A DNA stretch of 64,000 bases, from positions 609,335-673,334 of the forward strand of contig NIVC01000033.1 of NCBI GenBank assembly GCA_002269645.1, in the 5' to 3' direction. Each line of letters starts with the position of its first letter. Position 1 is the first letter of the stretch. Position numbers and translations under genes: made by a program. The notes below the pieces were generated by a model. It was given only the letters and a program-made list of their open reading frames with translations. It did not search any database and was not told where the DNA came from. This document shows, piece by piece, positions 11,890-23,592 of the stretch. The DNA is from Macrostomum lignano (Eukaryota).

Positions 11890-14800
11890 TAGTGAGCAGT
11901 GACACAAATTAAGTGAACAGTGACACTGATTAGGTGAGCAGTGACACTAGTTAAGTGAGAAGTGACACTAGTTGAGTGAGAAGTGACACTAGTTAAGTGA
12001 GCAGTGACACTAGTTAAGTGAGCACAAGGACTTCTAGACTAACAGGACGTAAAACTCAAAGATCGTGCAATTTTTTGGAGGCCACGATTTCCTGGAAAAA
12101 ATACACTGCGAAGATAGGAAAAAATCAGTTTTTCGTCACAAAATCTGTGATTGTATTTGATCTGGGGCAGTGAAGACTACCATTCTTTTAATTTAACATG
12201 CACAATATGTTACTCTATTATATTTTCATATAGCTGTGTAGTGAAGTTTTCATTTTCATATTGTTTTCACTTTATTTCATAAGCCCAAAGTTGCAAACTC
12301 ACAAGTGGCATTAGCCAAATATCAAATTCAAGAAAAGAAAAGCTATTCAAATTTGTAATATAATAATATTTTTAGCCTTTAAAATAAAAATTATAAAAGA
12401 ACTAATCAATGTTTTTTCTTATAGATATCTAGTAAAAATGGTTAGGGCCTATTTTTGTGATTAAGTCTATTCTTCTTAAATCTTAGTCCTAAATATAGGC
12501 TTGGCTTAAAAACTGATAATACAGCTTTCTCAAGCCTAGGTAACCAACCATATGAAACTATTTATTGGTAATCTATATATAATAAAAAAATCTAAATATA
12601 CTAATCTTTAAGTCATTGTCTAAATTTAATTACTTATTAGGCTAGATAGTGTAGTGATAGGTCTAGTTCTAGTAGGCCTAGGAATTAGTATAGTTACTAA
12701 ACCTACAATAATAGCTTAAGACTAAGAGTACCTACATGCAATGTTTTTATACTTTATTTTAAAAAGAACAACACAAAAAGTTTGGCTAATGCCACTTGTG
12801 AGTTTGCAACTTTGGGCTTATGAAATAAAGTGAAAACAATATGAAAATGAAAACTTCACTACACAGCTATATGAAAATATAATAGAGTAACATATTGTGC
12901 ATGTTAAATTAAAAGAATGGTAGTCTTCACTGCCCCAGATCAAATACAATCACAGATTTTGTGACGAAAAACTGATTTTTTCCTATCTTCGCAGTGTATT
13001 TTTTCCAGGAAATCGTGGCCTCCAAAAAATTGCACGATCTTTAAGTTTTACGTCCTGTTAGTCTAGAAGTCCTTGAGTGAGCAGTGACACTAGTTAAGTG
13101 AGCAGTGACACTAATTAGGTGAGCAGTGACACTAGTTAAGTGAGAAGTGACACTAGTTGAGTGAGCAGTGACACTAGTTAAGTGAGCAGTGACACTAGTT
13201 AAGTGAGAAGTGACACTAGTTGAGTGAGCAGTGACACTAGTTAAGTGATCAGTGACACTAGTTAAGTGAGCAGTGACACTAGTTGAGTGAGTAGTGAGCA
13301 GGTATCGCTGGATGATCAGCTAGTGAACAGTGACACTGATTACGTGAGCAGTGACACTAGTTGAGTGAGCAGTGACACTAGTTGAGTGAGCAGTGACACT
13401 AGTTAAGTGAGCAGTGACACTAGTTAAGTGAGTAGTGACACTAGTTAAGTGAGAAGTGACACTAGTTGAGTGAGAAGTGACACTAGTTAAGTGAGAAGTG
13501 ACACTAGTTGAGTGAGAAGTGACACTAGTTAAGTGAGCAGTGACACTAGTTAAGTGAGCAGTGACACTAGTTAAGTGAGCAGTGACACTGATTAGGTGAG
13601 CAGTGACACTAGTTAAATGAGAAGTGACACTAGTTGAGTGAGAAGTGACACTAGTTAAGTGAGCAGGTGACACTAGTTAAGTGAGCAGTGACACTAGTTA
13701 AGTGAGCAGTGACACTAGTTAAGTGAGAAGTGACACTAGTTGAGTGAGAAGTGACACTAGTTAAGTGAGCAGGTGACACTAGTTAAGTGAGCAGTGACAC
13801 TAGTTAAGTGAGAAGTGACACTAGTTGAGTGAGAAGTGACACTAGTTAAGTGAGCAGTGACACTAGTTAAGTGAGCAGTGACACTAGTTAAGTGAGAAGT
13901 GACACTAGTTAAGTGAGCAGTGACACTAGTTAAGTGAGCAGTGACACTAGTTAAGTGAGCAGTGACACTGATTAGGTGAGCAGTGACACTAGTTAAGTGA
14001 GAAGTGACACTAGTTAAGTGAGCAGTGACACTAGTTAAGTGAGCAGGTGACACTAGTTAAGTGAGAAGTGACACTAGTTAAGTGAGAAGTGACACTAGTT
14101 AAGTGAGCAGGTGACACTAGTTAAGTGAGCAGTGACACTAGTTAAGTGAGCAGTGACACTAGTTAAGTGAGCAGTGACACAAATTAAGTGAACAGTGACA
14201 CTGATTAGGTGAGCAGTGACACTAGTTAAGTGAGCAGTGACACAAATTAAGTGAACAGTGACACTGATTAGGTGAGCAGTGACACTAGTTAAGTGAGCAG
14301 TGACACTGATTAGGTGAGCAGTGACACTAGTTAAGTGAGCAGTGACACTAGTTAAGTGAGCAGTGACACTAGTTAAGTGAGCAGTGACACTAGTTAAGTG
14401 AGCAGTGACACTAGTTAAGTGAGCAGTGACACTAGTTAAGTGAGCAGTGACACTAGTTAAGTGAGCAGTGACACTAGTTAAGTGAGCAGTGACACTAGTT
14501 AAGTGAGCAGTGACACTAGTTAAGTGAGAAGTGACACTAGTTGAGTGAGCAGTGACACTAGTTAAGTGAGCAGTGACACTGATTAGGTGAGCAGTGACAC
14601 TAGTTAAGTGAGCAGTGACACTAGTTAAGTGAGCAGTGACACTAGTTAAGTGAGCAGTGACACTAGTTAAGTGAGCAGTGACACTGATTAGGTGAGCAGT
14701 GACACTAGTTAAGTGAGCAGTGACACTAGTTAAGTGAGCAGTGACACTAGTTAAGTGAGCAGTGACACTAGTTAAGTGAGCAGTGACACTAGTTAAGTGA

Positions 14801-17800
14801 GCAGTGACACTAGTTAAGTGAGCAGTGACACTAGTTAAGTGAGCAGTGACACTAGTTAAGTGAGCAGTGACACTAGTTAAGTGAGCAGTGACACTAGTTA
14901 AGTGAGAAGTGACACTAGTTGAGTGAGCAGTGACACTAGTTAAGTGAGCAGTGACACTAGTTAAGTGAGCAGTGACACTAGTTAAGTGAGCAGTGACACT
15001 GATTAGGTGAGCAGTGACACTAGTTAAGTGAGCAGTGACACTGATTAGGTGAGCAGTGACACTAGTTAAGTGAGCAGTGACACTGATTAAGTGAGCAGTG
15101 ACACTGATTAAGTGAGCAGTGACACTAGTTAAGTGAGCAGTGACACTAGTTAAGTGAGTAGTGACACTAGTTAAGTGAGTAGTGAGCAGGTATCGCTGGA
15201 TGATCAGCTAGTGAACAGTGACACTGATTAGGTGAGCAGTGACACTAGTTGAGTGAGCAGTGACACTAGTTAAGTGAGCAGTGACACTAGTTAAGTGAGC
15301 AGTGACACTGATTAGGTGAGCAGTGACACTAGTTAAGTGAGCAGTGACACTAGTTAAGTGAGCAGTGACACTGATTAGGTGAGCAGTGACACTAGTTAAG
15401 TGAGCAGTGACACTAGTTAAGTGAGCAGGTGACACTAGTTAAGTGAGCAGTGACACTGATTAGGTGAGCAGTGACACTAGTTAAGTGAGCAGTGACACTA
15501 GTTAAGTGAGCAGTGACACTAGTTAAGTGAGCAGTGACACTAGTTAAGTGAGCAGTGACACTAGTTAAGTGAGCAGTGACACTAGTTAAGTGAGCAGTGA
15601 CACTAGTTAAGTGAGCAGTGACACTAGTTAAGTGAGCAGTGACACTAGTTAAGTGAGCAGTGACACTAGTTAAGTGAGCAGTGACACTAGTTAAGTGAGC
15701 AGTGACACTAGTTAAGTGAGCAGTGACACTAGTTAAGTGAGAAGTGACACTAGTTGAGTGAGCAGTGACACTAGTTAAGTGAGCAGTGACACTAGTTAAG
15801 TGAGAAGTGACACTAGTTGAGTGAGCAGTGACACTAGTTAAGTGAGCAGTGACACTGATTAGGTGAGCAGTGACACTAGTTAAGTGAGCAGTGACACTAG
15901 TTAAGTGAGCAGTGACACTAGTTAAGTGAGCAGTGACACTAGTTAAGTGAGCAGTGACACTGATTAGGTGAGCAGTGACACTAGTTAAGTGAGAAGTGAC
16001 ACTAGTTAAGTGAGCAGTGACACTAGTTAAGTGAGCAGGTGACACTAGTTAAGTGAGAAGTGACACTAGTTAAGTGAGAAGTGACACTAGTTAAGTGAGC
16101 AGGTGACACTAGTTAAGTGAGCAGTGACACTAGTTAAGTGAGCAGTGACACTAGTTAAGTGAGCAGTGACACAAATTAAGTGAACAGTGACACTGATTAG
16201 GTGAGCAGTGACACTAGTTAAGTGAGCAGTGACACAAATTAAGTGAACAGTGACACTGATTAGGTGAGCAGTGACACTAGTTAAGTGAGCAGTGACACTG
16301 ATTAGGTGAGCAGTGACACTAGTTAAGTGAGCAGTGACACTAGTTAAGTGAGCAGTGACACTAGTTAAGTGAGCAGTGACACTAGTTAAGTGAGCAGTGA
16401 CACTAGTTAAGTGAGCAGTGACACTAGTTAAGTGAGCAGTGACACTAGTTAAGTGAGCAGTGACACTAGTTAAGTGAGCAGTGACACTAGTTAAGTGAGC
16501 AGTGACACTAGTTAAGTGAGAAGTGACACTAGTTGAGTGAGCAGTGACACTAGTTAAGTGAGCAGTGACACTGATTAGGTGAGCAGTGACACTAGTTAAG
16601 TGAGCAGTGACACTAGTTAAGTGAGCAGTGACACTAGTTAAGTGAGCAGTGACACTAGTTAAGTGAGCAGTGACACTGATTAGGTGAGCAGTGACACTAG
16701 TTAAGTGAGCAGTGACACTAGTTAAGTGAGCAGTGACACTAGTTAAGTGAGCAGTGACACTAGTTAAGTGAGCAGTGACACTAGTTAAGTGAGCAGTGAC
16801 ACTAGTTAAGTGAGCAGTGACACTAGTTAAGTGAGCAGTGACACTAGTTAAGTGAGCAGTGACACTAGTTAAGTGAGCAGTGACACTAGTTAAGTGAGAA
16901 GTGACACTAGTTGAGTGAGCAGTGACACTAGTTAAGTGAGCAGTGACACTAGTTAAGTGAGCAGTGACACTAGTTAAGTGAGCAGTGACACTGATTAGGT
17001 GAGCAGTGACACTAGTTAAGTGAGCAGTGACACTGATTAGGTGAGCAGTGACACTAGTTAAGTGAGCAGTGACACTGATTAAGTGAGCAGTGACACTGAT
17101 TAAGTGAGCAGTGACACTAGTTAAGTGAGCAGTGACACTAGTTAAGTGAGTAGTGACACTAGTTAAGTGAGTAGTGAGCAGGTATCGCTGGATGATCAGC
17201 TAGTGAACAGTGACACTGATTAGGTGAGCAGTGACACTAGTTGAGTGAGCAGTGACACTAGTTAAGTGAGCAGTGACACTAGTTAAGTGAGCAGTGACAC
17301 TGATTAGGTGAGCAGTGACACTAGTTAAGTGAGCAGTGACACTAGTTAAGTGAGCAGTGACACTGATTAGGTGAGCAGTGACACTAGTTAAGTGAGCAGT
17401 GACACTAGTTAAGTGAGCAGGTGACACTAGTTAAGTGAGCAGTGACACTGATTAGGTGAGCAGTGACACTAGTTAAGTGAGCAGTGACACTAGTTAAGTG
17501 AGCAGTGACACTAGTTAAGTGAGCAGTGACACTAGTTAAGTGAGCAGTGACACTAGTTAAGTGAGCAGTGACACTAGTTAAGTGAGCAGTGACACTAGTT
17601 AAGTGAGCAGTGACACTAGTTAAGTGAGCAGTGACACTAGTTAAGTGAGCAGTGACACTAGTTAAGTGAGCAGTGACACTAGTTAAGTGAGCAGTGACAC
17701 TAGTTAAGTGAGCAGTGACACTAGTTAAGTGAGAAGTGACACTAGTTGAGTGAGCAGTGACACTAGTTAAGTGAGCAGTGACACTAGTTAAGTGAGAAGT

Positions 17801-18105
17801 GACACTAGTTGAGTGAGCAGTGACACTAGTTAAGTGAGCAGTGACACTGATTAGGTGAGCAGTGACACTAGTTAAGTGAGCAGTGACACTAGTTAAGTGA
17901 GCAGTGACACTAGTTAAGTGAGCAGTGACACTAGTTAAGTGAGCAGTGACACTGATTAGGTGAGCAGTGACACTAGTTAAGTGAGCAGTGACACTGATTA
18001 GGTGAGCAGTGACACTAGTTAAGTGAGCAGTGACACTGATTAAGTGAGCAGTGACACTGATTAAGTGAGCAGTGACACTAGTTAAGTGAGCAGTGACACT
18101 AGTTT
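11890..18105. repeat. ~6.2 kb 21-bp satellite (agtgacactagttaagtgagc) with ~1992-bp higher-order duplication
   Basis: Direct inspection; variant patterns and track ORFs recur at a +1992 offset (15208-15435 versus 17200-17427; 14053 versus 16045). Confidence 0.95.
12025..13075. mobile_element. Foldback MITE (1051 bp) with 295-bp TIRs and 8-bp TSD, inserted in the 21-bp satellite; P- or hAT-superfamily termini
   Basis: TIRs 12025-12319 and 12781-13075 (one mismatch seen), termini CAAGG...CCTTG, TSD AGTGAGCA at 12017-12024 and 13076-13083. Confidence 0.9.
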
Positions 18106-18824
18106 TAGTGCCCCTCCAACGCAGCTGATTCCAGTGTTAAACGCGTCCAATCACTCGTAATTTAGTGAGCAATCCGATTTTCGCCTTGCGTGATGGCTCG
18201 ATCTCTTTCTATTTAATACGTAATCTGTCTTGTTACTCCTTGATTTCTTTCTAGTGGCAGATGGACTGACCTGAACTGTTTCAAATATACACGACTGCAG
18301 ACTTTATTAAAGATGTTTTCTTATTTTCTAGCAGATTTTTCTTCAGTCGATTAAAATTAATTAAGAATCTTCACAATACGATTTGTTAGTTTAGTTGAGT
18401 ACATTTTAGTTATTGATAAAAATTTTGACTAAAATTTGACACGTATGTACAAGTTCGGGTATATATTTGCTTTATAAAAGCCAAGACAAAAATTGTTATA
18501 AAACTCGCATTGGGCTGAGTGTTGTACACTTGGAACAAGCGGTAATATTGATAAACTAATGGCTATGATTGAACACTGATAATGACACACTCAAAAATTG
18601 TTTATATTACTAGCATAAAAGTATATAATAAGTAGTATATGTCGAAATTCATTGTCATTTTAACAAAAGTAAGCAGAACGGAAATGGAATACTTAACAAA
18701 TCAATTTTGTCGCCATTGGCAGCTGGTAATGCAAACCCTGCAGAATACGGTCTCATTGAGTAGAACGGATAGAGGTGACACACCGTATACAGCACCTTTG
18801 CCTATCGGTTTATAAGTCTATATG

Positions 18825-19070
18825 ATCTGTTATGAGCCTTTTGTCTCTCTGTAATAAGCCTGTCTGTCCGTCTGTTATGAGCCTGTTTGTCTGTCTGTTA
18901 TAAGCCTGTTTGTCTGTCTGTTATAAGCCTGTTTGTCTGTCTGTTATAAGCCTGTTTGTCTGTCTGTCTGTTATAAGCCTGTTTGTCTGTTATGAGCCTG
19001 TCTGTCTGTCTGTTATGAGCCTGTTTATGTCTGTCTGTCTATCCGTTATGAGCCTGTATATCTCTGTTAT
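18825..19070. repeat. Degenerate ~23-bp minisatellite (gcctgtttgtctgtctgttataa)
   Basis: Direct inspection. Confidence 0.85.
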
Positions 19071-19697
19071 GCGCACGCTAATCTGTCCAAAAGCAGCAAT
19101 TTACTAATAAAAAAGTGAATTTCTCTCGTTGCAAAAGCAGCCATGCAGCCACAGAGCCGAAAGCAAGTGAAATCAGGTGAACAAAAGTCCCGGAGCTGGC
19201 GATGCGGCATAGCTGACAGTGACAGGACGGGTTCTGCTTACCTAGCAAGGTGTAAAATATGGCTACAAACAATAACAGAGACAATAATTATGGCTAATTA
19301 ATACTAGTCAGTCAGTAGTGCTATTGAGATATACATGTAATAAAAAGTAATTCATTTTTTCAAAAGCCTGCAGCGAATTATTCTTGCTAAATAACAAAAT
19401 CAACAATGATATATACTGCATAATGAAATCAAAATCAAAAGTTAATTTTTTAAAACAACAAAAACACGAGTAGCAGCTATATATGGAAAAAGAACAGACA
19501 TAAAAGTGCAGCAGTTTGTAAAAAAAATTATAAAAAGAACGCCGTTAGCAAAAATTTTGGAGTGCAGCAGAGCCACCAGGCACCTGTCAATCTGAATCAA
19601 AGACAGCTCAATTGGGTTATGGCTAATTAAAGACTACTAAAACAAATAAACAATAACAAGCAGCTGCCGCCTTCTAGAAGAGAGTTGTTCAGTTCAA

Positions 19698-22121
19698 TCA
19701 AGTCTGACGCTGCTGCTGCTGGGCGGTGGTCGAGTCCAACCTGATTGGCCCGGTGGCCGGTGCCGGGTGCTGTTGAAACCGCGGCTGCTGCTGCTGCTGT
19801 TGCTGGGCTCCCGTGAACAGCTGCAGCTGAGCGGAGCCGGCCAGGAGGGCCAGCTGGTTGGCGAGCTGCTGGTTGGTCCACTGGTTGGCCAGCGGCTGGC
19901 CAGGGAGCGGCATGAGCTGCTGCTGCTGTTGCTGCAGCTGGTGCTCTTGGAGCATGCGATGACCAACAGGCTGCTGGCTGAAGTGCTGCGGCTGCTGAGG
20001 CGGCTGCCGCTGGTTAACGAATTGAGCCGAATTAGGCGCCTCATGGCGGCTGGCTAGGCGTGGATTAGCCGAATACGGATTAGCATGATAATAGGGATTA
20101 GCTGGCTGATAAGGATGTGGATTAGCCTGAGGATTAACCAGGTGATTAGGATTAGCCTGAGGATTAACCAAGGGATGAGGATTAGGATTAGTCGGAGGAT
20201 TAACCAGGTGATGAGGATTAGGATTAGTCTGAGGATTAACCAGGTGATGAGGATTAGGATTAGTCTGAGGATTAACCAGGTGATAAGGATTAGCCTGACG
20301 CAGATTAGCCTGTTGAACTTTAGCTTGAGCCGGATTAACCGTTGGCGGTGGATTAGCGGACTGAGGTGGATTAGCGGACTGAGGTGGATTAGCGGACTGA
20401 GGTGGATTAGCGGACTGAGGCGGATTAGCAGATTGAGGCGGATTAGCGGGCTTCTTGAATTCCTCCTGTTGAGAAGGCACCACCGGCTGATCAGCAGACG
20501 CAGGCGGGGAGTCGAGCGGCTCAAAGCGGTGGTGCAGCAGTTTGGCGTTTAGAGCGGCAAGCCGGTCCCGACGGCTCTGCAGTCGCAGGGTGGCGGACTC
20601 CAAAGCGCGGTTGTCTCGCTGCAGGCGGTGCAGGCAGGTGAGCAGCGGCGCCAGCTCGGAGCCGGCCAGCATCTGCATGAGGAAGTCGCCTGTCTGCTGC
20701 CACTGCCAGTCCAGCAGGCCGTCCAGCGACAGCCCGGCGCCGGCCGCGCCGCCCGGATCGTTCAGGTCACCCAGGCTGAGCCCGGCCGGCAGGCTGGACG
20801 GCCCGGCGTAGCCGCCAGCGGCATCGACAGCAGACGGAGCTGCGGCGGCCGATGCCGGCTGAAACTCCGGGCCCAGGCTGGTCGGGTCCGCCTCCTCGGA
20901 CGATGGCGAGGACGACGCCTCATCGCCGTCCGCAGCATCATCCTCATCAGACGCCGCCGCCGACGAAGTGCCGGCCGAGCCGCCATCGCCGCCGAGCTCC
21001 GTCGCAGGGCGCAGCAGTGGCAGCCGCTGCGGCTTCTTCGGCGGCTGGCGACGATCGCGGAGCAGCCGGCGGTGCTTCGGCAGACGCTGCTGCGCCGGCG
21101 GCTGCGACCGCTTTGTCGCCGACGTCGATGTTGTCGTCGTTCGGCCAGATATCGGAGTCGACGTCGAGGCGGCGAGCGTCGGCGGACGCTGGCGCAGGCG
21201 CAGCGAGGCGAGCATCGCGCGACGCCGATGACGAAGGGCGACAGCCGAGGCGGCGGAACTTTTCGTTGCCGTCGGCTGTTGCCGCGGCGTGGGGCGAAGT
21301 CGCCGCCTGTCGGAACCGCTTGAACTGGCGGCGCCGTTGTTTTTGAGCAGCTTCTCGCCGGCCACGCGGACTCGAGGAGAGGGCGTTGGCGGCGGCGGCT
21401 TCTTCGGTAGAGTTGTGGCTTCGCCGCTTTCGCCAGCCAGCGGCTGCAGCGGCCGCATGGATGCCGATGAGGTGGGCGGAGGCGCGTGCGCCGGGCAGAA
21501 GGCTGCGAAGGACGGCTTCTGGCCTGACAGGTCGCCACTGCCGCTGCTGGCCTGCGAATGACTCACCTGTCTGAGCAGGCCCCTGGCCTGAGCGCAGGTG
21601 GCGTGCAGCCCCAGCCGGCACCGCTGGCACCGCAGGGTGGCGCCGCCTCCGCCGCTGCCGATGGCCTCGACGCCAATCGAGCCGGAGCTGGCGGGGTCGC
21701 CGCACAGGCAGCAGGGCCGGGCGAGCCGGTCGGGGGGCAGGCCGGCCAGCAGGATCGGCTCCAGCCTGGCGAGGTCGCCGAAGCAGACCTCCGGGATGGC
21801 CAGGGCGCACAGCACGTGGCACCAGCCGCTGCCACGGCCCGTCCGCTTCAGCGGGCCGCCGCGCACCGGGCAGAGCTCGCAGCGGACCCGGGCCGAGCGC
21901 TCGTGACGGAACTCGCACCGGCGGCACAGCCAATTCTTTTGTGGTTCGGAGTTCGAATCCTCAACGACGCCGTAGCAGCCGCGATGCACGGCGACGCCGC
22001 CGCACTGGCCGCCGGAGCAGCGGAGCAACTCGGCGCGGCCGCCAGAGCAGCCGCAGACGCCGCAGACGTTGGCGGCAGTGGTGGAGCTGTTTGAGCTGGG
22101 GGCTGCTGGCGTCAGCAACAT
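19698..22121 (-). CDS. MLLT10: AF10/AF17 (MLLT10/MLLT6)-like PHD-zinc knuckle-PHD (PZP) chromatin protein with OM-LZ leucine zipper and Q/N/P-rich tail
   Basis: CGVC...VAVHRGCYGV...WLCRRC...ARVRCELCP...GPLKRT...WCHVLCALAIPEVCF...HATCAQARGLL (PZP). LDGLLDWQWQQTGDFL...LHRLQRDNRALESATLRLQSRRDRLAALNAKL matches the AF10 OM-LZ. 807-aa ORF; a 15-nt intron may be hidden in it. Confidence 0.85.
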   Translation of the reverse strand: MLLTPAAPSSNSSTTAANVCGVCGCSGGRAELLRCSGGQCGGVAVHRGCYGVVEDSNSEPQKNWLCRRCEFRHERSARVRCELCPVRGGPLKRTGRGSGWCHVLCALAIPEVCFGDLARLEPILLAGLPPDRLARPCCLCGDPASSGSIGVEAIGSGGGGATLRCQRCRLGLHATCAQARGLLRQVSHSQASSGSGDLSGQKPSFAAFCPAHAPPPTSSASMRPLQPLAGESGEATTLPKKPPPPTPSPRVRVAGEKLLKNNGAASSSGSDRRRLRPTPRQQPTATKSSAASAVALRHRRRAMLASLRLRQRPPTLAASTSTPISGRTTTTSTSATKRSQPPAQQRLPKHRRLLRDRRQPPKKPQRLPLLRPATELGGDGGSAGTSSAAASDEDDAADGDEASSSPSSEEADPTSLGPEFQPASAAAAPSAVDAAGGYAGPSSLPAGLSLGDLNDPGGAAGAGLSLDGLLDWQWQQTGDFLMQMLAGSELAPLLTCLHRLQRDNRALESATLRLQSRRDRLAALNAKLLHHRFEPLDSPPASADQPVVPSQQEEFKKPANPPQSANPPQSANPPQSANPPQSANPPQSANPPPTVNPAQAKVQQANLRQANPYHLVNPQTNPNPHHLVNPQTNPNPHHLVNPPTNPNPHPLVNPQANPNHLVNPQANPHPYQPANPYYHANPYSANPRLASRHEAPNSAQFVNQRQPPQQPQHFSQQPVGHRMLQEHQLQQQQQQLMPLPGQPLANQWTNQQLANQLALLAGSAQLQLFTGAQQQQQQQPRFQQHPAPATGPIRLDSTTAQQQQRQT

Positions 22122-22254
22122 CCCCGGGTGTCTGGCGGCGCAGCAGCAGGCGGCGGGATTTCAGGGCTGAGCGGGGCGCCAGCGGCTTTAAGACTCTGGA
22201 ATGATGGGGTGGGGATAACTGGGATTTCTGAACATTATGAGACTTTCTGGCATC

Positions 22255-22625
22255 TGGCATCAGTCAATGACACCTGGACTGAATCAATGACACCTGGACT
22301 CAATAAATGACACCTGGACTCAATCAATGACACCTGGACTCAATCAATGACATCTGGCATCAATCAATGACACCTGGACTCAATCAATGACACCTGGACT
22401 CAATCAATGACACCTGGACTCAATCAATGACACCTGGACTCAATCAATGACACTCAATCAATGACACCTGGACTGAATCAATGACACCTGGACTCAATCA
22501 ATGACACCTGGACTCAATCAATGACACCTGGACTCAATCAATGACACCTGGACTCAATCAATGACACCTGGACTCAATCAATGACACCTGGACTCAATCA
22601 ATGACACCTGGACTCAACCAATGAC
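22255..22625. repeat. 20-bp minisatellite (tcaatgacacctggactcaa) upstream of MLLT10
   Basis: Direct inspection. Confidence 0.93.
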
Positions 22626-23274
22626 AGCGTTAGAAATCCTATACTTTTTCGGCTGTGAAAGGTCAAAAAGCAATTAAAAAAGATCAATTATCAGTGAAAA
22701 ATAATAAAATTGTCAGGCTGAAATCAAACAGTATTATTGCAAGATTTCAATATTGAGCCGTTATATAAATGTTAAAACAGCTGTCAATCTAACGATTGAA
22801 CAGGCTCTTACATATCATAGTATAACAAAACCCTGTTATTTACTACTCGTAGGCAAAAAAAATAGTAGAGTACAATATTATTAGAAAAATATGCACGACA
22901 GAACTGCAAGAAATTCATTTCATGACAGTATAATCGCTAAAATACAGTGGCTCTAAAAATTCTTGAATAAAAAGTGAACGCTTAGCATGATCGAGTGGGC
23001 CTAAATGTATATTGTGTGAATCTTAAACTCGGTCAGATATCTCAACAAAAAAAGGAAGCGCAGTACTTAGGCAGCGAAAATAATAACCGAATCTACATCT
23101 GCCTACTATCACTTAGCCACTGAGTAGTATATGATGGATAAAATCAATTGACGCTGTGACTAAATTCAATGCTGTGCTTCTTAGTAAATTATAAAATTGA
23201 CACAAATTTTTGACAATAAAAAATTTCATTTAAAAGGCATGAATGCATAAATCGGTTTTCTGATCATTATTTTT

Positions 23275-23540
23275 TTATCTGGGAGGCTGGCCCAGCAACT
23301 GAGGATCTGGGAGGCTGGCCCAGCAACTGAGGATCTGGGAGGCTGGCCCAGCAACTGAGGATCTGGGAGGCTGGCCCAGCAACTGACACTATGGGAGGCT
23401 GGCCCAGCAACTGAGGATCTGGGAGGCTGGCCCAGCAACTGAGGATCTGGGAGGCTGGCCCAGCAACTGAGGATCTGGGAGCTTGGCCCAGCAACTGAGG
23501 ATCTGGGAGGCTGGCCGAGCAATTGAGGAGCTGGGAGGGC
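23275..23540. repeat. 28-bp minisatellite just 3' of the PTP stop
   Basis: gggaggctggcccagcaactgaggatct, about 9 copies. Confidence 0.92.
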
Positions 23541-23592
23541 AGCGGTGGGCCAGCACAGGTTCTCCAGAGTCCGCAGTCAGCTGCAAACCCGT

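Noticed and set aside
13320-17427. Several VTAHLTS-repeat ORFs
   Set aside because: Translations of the 21-bp satellite, which lacks a stop in one frame; no unique coding sequence.
11890-18105. Regular repeat array resembling a CRISPR locus
   Set aside because: Units are head-to-tail with no unique spacers, there are no cas genes, and the context is a eukaryotic intron-containing genome. The same applies to all other arrays.
20054-22094. Many overlapping 80-330 aa ORFs on both strands
   Set aside because: Alternative frames of the GC-rich MLLT10-like exon; only the 807-aa frame has domain motifs.
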